From assembly GCA_009103225.1 (NCBI GenBank), contig RHPI01001327.1, positions 282,666 through 346,665 of the forward strand: a stretch of 64,000 nt of DNA. Reading direction: 5' to 3'. Origin of the DNA: Chlorokybus atmophyticus. Lineage: Eukaryota > Plantae > Mesostigma and Chlorokybus algae. A program made the translations under genes and the position numbers. Positions 42,885 through 53,849 of this stretch are shown here, piece after piece; the stretch's first letter is position 1; each line of letters opens with the position of its first letter. The notes under the pieces were generated by a model. It was not told where the DNA came from. It did not search any database and saw nothing but the letters and a program-made list of their open reading frames with translations.

Positions 42885-43435
42885 TCATAAAACTAACTTT
42901 GACTTCAGCTCTTGTGTTGGCATTGTCTGGGACAAGCATTTCATTGTGGTTACTGATGCGTCCACCCTGAAGTGTGGTGCGATACTTGCAAGACGGCAGA
43001 CCATGTGCTTATGAGAGTAGGAAGTTCCCAGCAGAGGTGAACTACACTACCACAGAGCAAGAGTTGCTCGGTATAGTAAATGCTCTACAAACATGGCGAT
43101 GTTATTTGGAGGGGGTTCAGCTTACAATGGTGACTGATCATAATCCATAGGTGTATTTCTCAACACAGCAAAACTTGTCACGAAAGCAAGCTCGCTGGAC
43201 TAAGCTTCTGTCACGGTTTACCTTTAAGTAAATATACCGGCCAGGCGGAACCAATGTTGCTGATCCAACAAATCGCTGTGCGTCATTGTTAGCAGTTATG
43301 CATGCATAGTTGCTTGCGACGCGCGATACATTGCCACCTGATGATGAGTTTGTGCAAGTAGTTGTACAAGGGTATGCTTTAGACCCATGCTTTGCAAATT
43401 TTACACGGTGACTGACTAAGGTCCGAGGGACTGAC
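42885..43435 (+). mobile_element. Decayed Ty3/Gypsy RT-connection/RNase H fragment
   Basis: LTLTSALVLAL, then DKHFIVVTDAS, AYESRKF..AEVNYTTTEQELLGIVNALQTWRCYLEG..LTMVTDHNP, LSRKQARW..LLSRF..IYRPG..NVAD. Frameshifts and stops are present. Confidence 0.88.
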
Positions 43436-43906
43436 ATGTGCCTGAGCCTGCTTGCCGCTGCCTGAAATGTTACTTTTTTATTGTCAGGTTTGCCGTTGGC
43501 TTATGTAGACTAACGCGGACGAAAGTGGTTGTCAGTGGCACTGACCGGCCAAGAGTTGTCAACCAGTTACCCTTTGGTCGATGTGCACAGACGGCCGTTA
43601 GCCGGTAGTTACGGACAGCTGACAGCACTAGCTGGCAGTTTCCTTGCCATTACACTGCTGTCAATATACGACCCTCACCGTTTGACAATTCTTGCCGTAA
43701 GCCAACACTAACATACCATGCAGCTTGTACAAACCTTGGACTGGTTGTTTGGTCTTGCAACCATTAGCCACAACATGTACAATATACCAGCAATGGTGAG
43801 AGTATGTCCACTTGCAACTGAGCAGCCGACTTGCGCATGAAACTACCTACAACATTGAATCTAGCTGTCGCACTCATGCGCAGCTTGTCAACCCGTGGTG
43901 CCTGCC

Positions 43907-45373
43907 TCAGAACTCTTCCCCAACCCCCTCCTCCCGTTCCTCCTCCGATAAGTCTTCTGCTTCAACATCGGAGTCATCTTTATTTGCTGCCTCGCTCGCT
44001 AACAATACAGCGGCTACTTCATCCTTCAGCTTGAATGTAGGCACCTCGCCGTACACGCGCATGCGCTTGATGGTCGCTTTTACAGTGATCACTTGCATTT
44101 GGTAATGCTATAAGAGTGGCGTGTTGCCAGAGGATTAGCCCATCAGCATACACATGCTTACCTTGTCTTTCGCTTTGTCGCACTCCGTCAGGCAGACAGT
44201 CAGCCTGCCGCGCTGCTCTTGGTTCTCTCTGACCAACATGGCCATTTGCAAGCATATTGCTTAATTGATACTCATAGGGGAGGGACTTATGACCATCCTG
44301 GTCACGTTAAAGCCTGCGTGATATAGACCGACACTGGCACCGCCACCGCCGCAGAGCAGAGCCGAAAGACAGCAGGTCGAGTGCTCTTGGTCTACGTGTG
44401 CGTCCAAGCTTGTTGTCAAATGGCGTGTATGTGGTCGAGGCTGGCCGTGGTGTTGGCCAGGGACTAACAATGATGCCTTTTGGGCTTACTTTGCAACTGA
44501 CATTCTCCCCTCCGGCACGCGCAGAACATGGCGTGCCCCGTCAACTGATGTGTATGCAAATACGTTGTGCCCTTTGAAGTTGATAGTTTGTGGTCGATTA
44601 CCGTCATTGAATACAATACGGTGCTGTCTTGCAAAGCCATTCTCGTTTGCACCATGCATATATGATGCGTCCTTAATCTCGCACTCCAAGAAGCGATGTT
44701 AACTAAATGCTTGCTTGACTGATTCCACAAGGCGCGCATACCATTCCCCATCCAGCGGCCAATGCACCATGACACTCACACCGATCAGCTGATTGCATCG
44801 CAGATTAAATGCGTTCCGCAGCCGATGCCGTGCGCTGTCCAGTAATCGATGGTCTACCTCTTCTGCAGCGGCAAGGGGGTGGAACTGACCACGCCCACAC
44901 CGTGAAAGGCTGCTTCGAGTGCGACAACAGCTTCAACATGAAATAAGCATATGTCTAACATAATTTGCAGTGATACGTCGCTGTCCACTTTGCCGAGTTA
45001 CCTCCACAGCATCCACCACGTGTTCACTAACCACATGTTTTGGTGTTGTTCATGTGAAGAAGCGCATGGGTTCCCCTCACCACTCGAAGCATAAGCGCGA
45101 GCACGATTCGCGCACACACTACAAGCATTGGAAAAACTCGGGTTCCTTGCACACTTTGCCGAGGCGGCAGCCAAACACGTCAACATTGTGTGCGATGTGG
45201 TGCCAGCAAGCATCAATAAAACCGTGGCACACTGTCTGCGCTCGCTGGCATTCGGTCAAGTGTGCTCGCATTTGCTGCCTACGGCCATTGGCACATCCGT
45301 ACGCATTGCATTGTGGGCACACCAAGCATGGCCTCCCAGGTGAGGGGGATTCAACTGCTGCCGCCGCCATCAT
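43907..45373 (-). pseudogene. Decayed multi-exon gene with Cys/His Zn-finger-like and Tudor-like segments and an acidic tail
   Basis: CPQCNAYGCANGRRQQMRAHLTEC; VMVHWPLDGEWY...HRIVFNDG (Tudor-like); phase-consistent GT-AG exons ending DDSDVEAEDLSEEEREEGVGEEF*. There are in-frame stops at about 45050-45120. Confidence 0.45.
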
Positions 45374-45989
45374 GCAAGATATGAATCAGCACGGCTGCCC
45401 ACAAAGTGAGCGAGACTTTAGGGTATGGGCATTAATTCAGGTTTGCCAGCTTACGAACCCCAAATGAGTCCCACTTCAAGTGAAGCACGACAATACCATG
45501 GACAGTACCACACTATGCATGGTATTACATGAATATAATTGGTACTCCACGTAATAATGGTACTACAGTACAAGGATACTCGCATACTACCGATTGTAGA
45601 GTAATACTGTGATGTCATTCAATGGAACCAGAGCGCTGTCCGAGTTTGTTGCTGTTAACCACGCTCTGAACCAATGAGGTATGCAAGCCATGCACTGACT
45701 CATGCGCCGTGCAGACATCATACACATGTACAGCCAGTGCTTCTAACAATAGCAGATCTCGGGTGCACCATGCACCATGCTACAACTATACATGTACCTA
45801 CTTGGGTTACAGGTGTTCAACACAAAACTACAATACATGCACAATTGTCATCAAGGCGGGGGCTAGATCATCGCCGACACATTGGCGTCTTGCAACAGGC
45901 GTGGCGACCAAAACGGGTGAGGTTGCTTGCAGAAGGGACACGTTTGTAGGTTTTCTTTTTTATTTGCCACGGTCTTCTGATGTGCTATA

Positions 45990-48260
45990 ATGCAGGCATG
46001 GCACATCGCTTTCTTGCAACAGGGCGTCTCCCCATCCGCTGGGGGGGGGTGGCTCTAAAATGCGACAAATCAGCACACATGGTGCACGCGGGTGTGCAAG
46101 CGGCCTCTGCCACGAACCTCTGTTATCGCGTTGCATGCGTAGCGACTCCAATCTAAATGGTGCAGCATACGCTCGATTGCATGCTCGCTTACCTGGCGCC
46201 CACCTGCCACACACCACCTGCTGATCATGATGGTCTCGTCCAGCATGCGCTCATCCAGGCCCTCGACATGGCTGTTGTCACTCGTGTACTCGCTCGCATC
46301 GTCATCTTCGTCGAGCTTCCATAGAATCAGCTCGACGTGCCGTATGACATACAGCCACTGCCAGTCAAAGCATGCCAAATACAGTTCCAATGGTTTTACT
46401 TGCCACCCACCCAGTATATTTGCTCACGTAGTGGCACACATCCCGACCCGCATCAACAGGTACATCGGTTGCAGTAGGTCGAAGTTCTGCTCCGCAAATA
46501 GCTCTTGCACATTGCCGAGTTGCTGCGGCAGCAACAACACCATCGTATCGAGGACGGCGAGGGGCAACAACATACTACGCATGGCCATGTCGTGTTTGGG
46601 TTCCAACCATGGCCAATCCTCAGAGGTCTGTTTAGACCGCACTTCCCGCGTTTGCTCCCACGCATACTTTTGTCACCCACCTCAAGACATGTCGCATGCG
46701 GTGATGCAGCGCGTCCTGGGCGTATTGTAGGGCGATCAACTCCTTTGCACTACGAGTCAGCCTCTCAAAGTGTCGGCGCGTCGGTGGTTTGAGCTTAGGC
46801 AGCTCATGCCGCACCGGCTGTTTCTTGGGCGATGCTGAGCAGCCACATGACGCTGTAATCCCCCCTGTGCCTACTTAGGGCACATAATCAGCCCCCGTGA
46901 GGCTTCAAGGCGCTGTGCTTCGTCTAACTACATTGCAACAGTGCCTCACCTGTGCTTTTTGGTCCTGTTAGCGTCTATTGTTCCAACAACCTTCTTTTTC
47001 TTTTTGTGGTCGGCCAGCACATACTGGCAGGCGCTCTCCGTGGCACTGTCACTTAGAGGAGGTAAGGCGTTATCTTCTTGCTCCACAGCCTTGCGCTCAC
47101 TGGTTGCCTCCCGTAACTTCACGACCTAAAGTTGCGCCATGAGGTCGAGCATGTTTTTTTTTATCCTTTGGCGCAAATTTCAGGACACCTTGATCAATCT
47201 CTTTACCATCAAGACAGGCTTGGATCGTTGTGGCAAGCTTAAACTACGAGGGCGAGCTACCGCTGCTTCTTAATGAAGATGCCTCCGGTTGGTCAGAGTG
47301 CGGTGGCAAGTAAGTCTCCGTGGCAGGAAGGGAGGGTGCTGAATTGTTATTGCGAGCATATGGCTGTGGTTGAGGGGAGGCAAGAAACGCAGAACAGCCG
47401 GCTACTTCTTGCCTAACACACGAAGGTGAGGCCTGAGGCGTTGGCGTAGCACCCTGGGGAGCAGCTGGTGGTAGCGGGGAATTGGCAACGCCATTCCGCC
47501 ACTCTCCAATCAGGTCTGTTACCTCCGGTGGCCCTTCATGCATAGGCCACGACCATTGTTTGTTGCTTGCAAGCTTGAGGAGCGAAAAAATCTGGCTCAT
47601 CTGGAGCAGTGTTGCCCACCACCAGGACAGAGTTTGGGGCTTCTTTATTTCCAACCCAAACTGCGCTGCCGAGCCGTGGCATCCACTCCGCGTGCTCGCG
47701 CTGAACGGTCACGCAGCTAATCAACAAGCCCAGCTTGTTGGCAAACATGGTCCTTTGCAGGTGCTCTAAGTACACATCTTTTCTCCGCACGAGCTGTCGC
47801 ACCTTGGCTATGGCTATGTCAATGTTGCAATTGACATTAGCCAACATGGTTGCAGTTTGTCGTAATACTGCGCCATCTCTCCCGCGGCACTAGTAGCTCT
47901 ACAGAAGTTTAAGATCTTGCTTGCCACGCCTACATCACCAGCTTTGGCGGTTATTTTGCAGAGAGTGTCCCCCCAGCCGTCATCCATGGTGTCCAGCATG
48001 GCCCAAAATCTGCTCGAGCTGGGGCGCTTGCGATCATCCAGGACACTTTGCGCTATGGATGGCCTGGCGCAAAATACACAATGGTAGAAGCAATTACCAT
48101 CCATTGGCGCATTGAAGTGGTCCCATGAGGCGAGCTGGCCACCTAGCATGACTGATGGATGTACGCGAGCTGCGGTCAGCTCCTCTGATGGCTCGCTGGC
48201 AGGTGGTGACCCCTGCATGCGCATACAGCACTCAAATGGCGTGTCCAATCTCGACGGCAA
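45990..48260 (-). pseudogene. Decayed multi-exon gene with an OTU-like cysteine protease motif
   Basis: WDHFNAPMDGNCFYHCVF (OTU catalytic D-G-N-C), followed by YLEHLQRTMFANKLGLLISCV, a Pro-rich linker, a basic KKKKK segment and helical exons. Several in-frame TGA/TAG stops and frameshifts are present. Confidence 0.5.
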
Positions 48261-49399
48261 CAGTCACAGTAACTGATAAAGTACCTGAGCTTGGGGCAGA
48301 CCGCCGGCTTAAACTTGCAGCGGGTGGGGTAAGGTAGGTGCAGAAGCCACAGCGGTTGTTGCATTGTGCTGTGGTCTCGCCGGTTGCGGCAAGAAGGATT
48401 GTTGCCCCGCAATCATCGAATGCTGCTCGTGGAGGAGACGGCAGTGCATGAAGGACTGGTGCCGCGGAATGTGGATGCGCTCAGGCTGCGAGGGGAGCAG
48501 GTGCGGCAGGTGAGACCACTTGTGCATGTAGCAAGGGGGGCTGTATATAGGACTTAGGATACGATGGCTTGCAATGTTGCAAAGGACGAATATAAGCATA
48601 TGCATGTGCCTGACGCATTGTTACCAAGGCACAATCACAAAAGACATCGACTTACCTCAATGGCCCGTGGGCTGCGGAGCAGGGGAAGCCACGGGGGCTG
48701 TCAAGGTGGTATTCGGTGCACTCTCCCTGCCCCCCTACATCGCAGAATCGTCAAAGAGCTCGTGAGCCATGGGCACAGGATGCGCCATTGCCCCAATGGA
48801 CATGTTGGGATTCAACAAACTAACATGCATGTTAACGTAATGCCGCACTGCCGCAGCGCCCATCAGCAAGTGGAATTGAAGGACCAATTGATGGGACTGA
48901 ATCCAGGCTTGCATAAGAGCTCCAACAGGACCTAGTGTACTGTGGTGCTGTCAACCATTCACATGTGGGTTAATTGCATGCTTGCAACACTGCAACTGCA
49001 ATAGTCAACTGCGTTACACCGTCATCAGTTGCTTGCTTCAAACAGTCACCTGCGGCATTGCCGGTTGATGCTTAAATGATAGCATGAATTGCGTGATTGC
49101 TGGTTGATGCACCATTAGTTGAATGCCGGATGAATGGCCACACGCTCCTGTGCTCAGAGCCAGCCTACTTTGTTCGGCACGCGCGCGTGACTTCGCACGC
49201 TCACGCACATCCTAGCATGCAAAGGTAGGCATACATTGAAGGTGCATGCACTCAACATGCACAGCGAGATTGGCAACAACATACCGCCGCCCAGCTCTGT
49301 CTATCTGCTCTGGCTTTTACAATGTCGGCTTGACTGCCAGTCAACAGTGTGGGGTGGAAATGGGTGAATAGTGGAGGCATGCAGCCACGCTACATGTAT

Positions 49400-49730
49400 C
49401 ACATGGACTGCGCCAAAAAACAAAATGCTCTTACAAGGAAACGCATGTGACTGTTGAGCGTACCTCTGCATTCCTTTGTGCTTGTTCCCGCATGGTTCTG
49501 ACAAGGGGCTCCAAGGACTGCAGCTCCTAATCCACTCTTTGTTGCAAAAACCGAGCCACCAAGCAGCTCTCTATGTGAAGATGGTCCTTGTTGGCTTGCT
49601 CGCTCGTTTGTCCAATGTTGGTACTGCATGTTGGACATCCCCATTGCTGACGCCTGCCATGATCCATGACGTGGCGCTTGGGTTTTGATGGTTTCACTGC
49701 TTGAACTCTTACGACCACAATTTCTTGCAA
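49400..49730 (-). pseudogene. Zn-finger-like coding fragment
   Basis: WGCPTCSTNIGQTSEQANKDHLHIESC, then an in-frame stop. It diverges from the plus-strand gene across a (GCC)8 run. Confidence 0.3.
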
Positions 49731-49811
49731 GATGTGCCACGCCGCCGCCGCCGCCGCCGCCGCCTTCTACTCCTCCTGCTCCTCCACCTCCTAGTTGAAC
49801 CCAGGTCCACT

Positions 49812-52096
49812 ATGCCAGATATTCGCCCCGTCATCGACCTGATGCCCCTGCGTGCCATCATCCGGCCATCAATGAAGCTGTGTGGGTGAGTGCACGCTAA
49901 CTCCCATTAGGGCTAGTCAAGCAAATGCCTATGTCGTATCATGGATGGTACGACAGAGCCATTGTACGCCAATGGCTGGGGTTGGACGAGAGATGCCTTG
50001 GTCATACCATGAATGTTACGCTCAAGCTATTGTTACCCTTGGTTGTACAAAGCATGGATGATATGAATGCATAAGTCGTACCATCAACCATATGAGATAA
50101 GGATGCACTACAAGTGCGACTCTAGTGCGGGACACCAGACTTTTAAAACCGCCTCATTTTCGTCTTCGCGCCTCGTACATTTGAGCGGACTAACTGGCGG
50201 CCTCAGCATTGGATGCGGCAGCGCCACCATCAGCTAAGTAGGCGGCACCCAACTATTAGTTAGGCAGATGCTTCGTGGTCCATACGTAGGTGCACCTCGT
50301 CGTGGAGGTCGGCGCCCCAAGTCCACATTGCCCTCAGTGTTCCACCAGGCAACCGTCGCCAACCAACAGCAGCCACTTTTGGCCAACCAATCGCAGCAAG
50401 ACCCCGCGCTAACGCCCAGCCCGTCACAACAACTCCACCTGACACCGCAGTCGCAAGGGCAAGCTAAAATGCATGCGTTCTTGATGCACTGTGCACATTG
50501 CTTCTTGCTCAACTTTAAACTTTGATGCTTACTTTATTAAAAACTGGCACAGTGACTCACTGCATGCATTCTGGATACACTGTGCACGTTGTTCTTCTTG
50601 CTCAACTGTGAGAGTTGCATCTTTCATGGCTGGCAGCATGACTCACGTGGTTGTGCTTGCAACGGGTCGATTGGAACCCCCAACCCAAACGCATTTGGCC
50701 GCAACGTAGCAACCTCGGCCGTTAGCAACCCTTCCCCAAGCAAGTGGAAGATTGGCAACAAGGTAAGCACTGTGTGACACCGTGACAGCGAGATGCCGTT
50801 TATGATTTCAACGGCCTCGTTGAAATCATAAACGGCCACTGAGTAGAGAGCCACATTTATCCCAAGGAGGATGCTATTCGTAACGTCATGTGTTAGGTGG
50901 TGTGAATGCTTCATGACCTCACTACACCGTGACACTGACCAACCCGCCCATGACAGGTAGTTGGCTTCGACCATGACGACGAGGCCGATGCGGCCAAGTT
51001 CAATGAGGTGTACTGGACGCCCAAGGAGTGCCCCTTCCACTGGAGTGTTGCTTTGAAGACAGCTACGCAGGCCCGGTCTGAGAATGTCACCAAGATCAAG
51101 CATGTCCTTGAGAAGGAGTACAAGTGGACACTGTCTAATAGCAACAAGCGCAAGTGAGTTGGGTCCCTCACCACCATGTCTGCTATGCAACACTGTCTTC
51201 TTACTCAGCCTCCATAAACACGTACGCATCTTGCCTATTGTAACCAATTCAATCAGGCACATTCAACACCGAAATGGACTCCGAGACCCAAAAAGCCCAA
51301 ATGCGCAACGCGATCCAAAGTAAGTCATAAGCACTATTCTAGCCTAGTGCAGGCTCAACTTAAACTATCTATATCGTAACTAATGCCTGGAAGGTATAAC
51401 TCTCGCAGACATGTCATGGCGGATATTTGAGGTGACCGACAATGTAGACTCAGAGCGGAGGAAATTCATCCATGAATGGGGCAATCCCATCATTTGGCAA
51501 ATGATTGTGCACTGCTGGTCTTACGCCGTTACTACACCTGGTCGCCGGCAGGTGACAGTCAACCACCTCGCATACCTACTGGTTATAGTGAGCACTCTGA
51601 ACTGAATAACTAGCAATTCAAGAATGCTATAGCCCCAAACTACAGGCTTGCAGACGCGCTGCAGTGAATAGTGGCTTTCAATGCCATCAAGACATGGTTG
51701 TAAACTATGTAGGTGGAGCTCACCCTAAAGGGCAAGGATGGAGACCCTCCCCTAGCTGCCAGCATGGACACACATAAAGAGTACCTCAGCGAAATCAACA
51801 CCATAATCATGTCAATGAAGCGAGAGATGAGGCAACGGTACGCAGCCCTCCAGCCATTCACTCTTATGAAACGCAGCACTGCATGTTGTGTCGAATACCC
51901 AAAAGATTCCAATCGCCGCCGGCCACAAGAGACAGCAGCTGGTGACCCGCTCGCTGAGGCAGAAGCGGCATTTGATTGGTTGGCGCAACCGTTTGAGGAG
52001 GAGGAAAAGCAAGCTCCGGCGTCTCCTCTATGTTCTCCAGCGTGTGGTGCTTTGTTCTATAATGACGTGCAAGGCGATGATGGAGTGGAGCTGTAG
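49812..52096 (+). CDS. Hypothetical multi-exon protein
   Basis: GT-AG-bounded, coding-like exons: MPDIRPVIDLMPLRAIIRPSMKLC, SKWKIGNK|, VGFDHDDEADAAKFNEVYWTPKECPFHWSVALK...EKEYKWTLSNSNKR, SWRIFEVTDNVDSERRKFIHEWGNPIIWQMIVHCWSY, VELTLKGKDGD...DDGVEL*. No family was recognised and its intactness is uncertain. Confidence 0.5.
50795..50836. other. Perfect 19-bp inverted repeat with a 4-nt loop, inside a putative intron
   Basis: GCCGTTTATGATTTCAACG-gcct-CGTTGAAATCATAAACGGC. Confidence 0.9.
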
Positions 52097-52505
52097 CGCA
52101 GTCAGTAGTCCGTTTAGCTGATAGTGCACACAGCTGGAAGGCTTTTGTGACTTGGTGTTGTGCATCTCAAACCAGCTCAGTCAATCGTCATTATGCTTAT
52201 GCATGTAACAACTTGCATCCCTATAATATACAATAGAACTGCAGGCAATGCAAGTCACATAAATGAACTACAAGACTTGGCAAGTAATTGATAGACACTG
52301 TGTACACCTCAGGTACTTGTACATAGCACATGCACATAGCGATGCTGGTTGTCAGTGACAGTCGCGTGTAGTCATGCTATGCAAATGCATATATAACGAT
52401 AGTTAAGCATCAATCACCTTCAGTTGCTCGAAGAATGCCTTATCTTGTCGACAATTACCCAATTGGTTCTTGTGAACTTGGCTCAATCGCATGCGCTGGA
52501 CTAGT

Positions 52506-52740
52506 GTGTAACCTGCAGGTGCCTGTCACATAGGCTGAGTCACCCAAGTTGGAGTGATGTGTAACTTGCAGGTGCCTGTTAATTAGGTATAGTCATTTGT
52601 TAAGACCTGATGTGTAACTTACGGGTGCCCATTAATTAGTATAGTCACCTGTTAAGGCCTGGTAGGCAACTTTCGGGTACCCGTAAATTAGGAGTGATCA
52701 CTTGTTAAGGCCTGATAAGTAACTGACAGGTGCCTATTTT
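52506..52740. repeat. Degenerate ~53-bp minisatellite, about 4.5 copies
   Basis: Units start at 52506, 52559, 52612, about 52665 and about 52718. Shared core: GTAACT..C.GGTGCC..TAATTAGG..AGTCA..TGTTAAGGCCTGAT. Confidence 0.85.
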
Positions 52741-52889
52741 TTTATTTTGTTTTTTGATTCGGCATGATCAATCGCTAAAAACTGAATTGTAACGAGAAGG
52801 GCCTGATGGTAACGGAAGTTATACTTAGGTCCTTGTATCGAAATTACAAGTGGACTGAGCCACCATAGTCTAAAGGAGTATGTTTAGGT

Positions 52890-53180
52890 GCACGACCGTT
52901 GTCAATATTTAATGGCCGGCAGGGGAAACATTTTGCGACGTGGTTCTTGTCAATGGACAATGTGCGAAAGCTTGATAAACGAGACAACATGTATTCTATG
53001 GGCACCAGTTTGGTCATACCACACCGTGCTGAGTTTTATGTAAAATGCATAGTTAATGTACACGATCAACCATATGCTGGGCACTTTGGCAGTCGCAAGA
53101 CTGTTAAAGTAGCGTAACAGTCGTATTGGTGGCCATCGCTGCATGTCGACGTAAAGCGATATGTGGACACGTGTAACAAA
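52890..53180 (+). mobile_element. Old Ty3/Gypsy integrase Zn-binding (HHCC) fragment, cut by the LTR at 53181
   Basis: LVIPHRAEF...VHDQPYAGHFGSRKTVKVA*QSYWWPSLHVDVKRYVDTCNKC. Confidence 0.85.
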
Positions 53181-53849
53181 TGTGACGGTGCTCGTGCCTT
53201 GTCACCTGTGAGTTGGTACAATCAACAACCTTCTCACCAAGGCATGGTATTCACACCGGAACCTTGCCCCTTCTGCCAAGCACACACGCGCACCCCGCCA
53301 CTCGCGTACACACGCGCATGCGCTCGAAGCTACACAGCGACTTGTGTAGCGCCTTGGATCGTCACACAAGCAAGCACACAGTAGTGGACACACGCTAGCA
53401 ACCCCTGCTAACCACCACCAAGCTTGCACACCAGAAACCAGGGAGCCAAAGGTTGTATTGCACATTGTATAATGTCGCTTTTATACCTACCAGTCTGCAC
53501 ATGCTACTGTCTAGACGATTCCCGTGCTACACAAAACTAGTTGCTAAGATGTTATTGCAGAACCTTGTGGTAGACTTCTAGACCTTTCTTAAGCACCAAA
53601 GATCTCCTGATTAGGTGCTCATATGGTCAAGTTATACTACTTGGCGCCAGGCCCTTCCAGAAATCTGGTCGAGCCCTTCTCGACGGGCCTCCGTTTTCTG
53701 GCACCTTCCGGACTGGTCCTAGGGCCCCGGTCGATATCTGCGGCAGACTCATAACTCACCGATATCTGCCACAAGTCATGAAAACGTGGTGCTCGATAAA
53801 TGGGCCAAAAAAGGGCGTAAAATCATGAAACTTGGCCTCGATTGTTACA
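53181..53849 (-). repeat. 3' LTR of the chromovirus (~669 bp)
   Basis: The ends are TGTGAC ... GTTACA (TG..CA). On the minus strand the LTR is immediately preceded by the polypurine tract AGGGGGGGAGGAG (53850-53862). Confidence 0.7.

Noticed and set aside
50106-50114. CACTACAAG as an EnSpm/CACTA terminus
   Set aside because: No matching inverted end was found, and another copy at 45117 is in the same orientation.
52506-52740. CRISPR-like periodicity
   Set aside because: The units are contiguous and degenerate with no unique spacers, there are no cas genes, and the context is eukaryotic.
43435-52890. Idea that the Gypsy RNase H fragment (42.9-43.4 kb) and integrase fragment (52.9-53.2 kb) are two halves of one element split by a 9.4 kb insertion
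   Set aside because: Both fragments cover the same GY.DPWF...L.K..G linker region with different sequence, so they look like separate copies. No TIR or TSD was found at the block edges.
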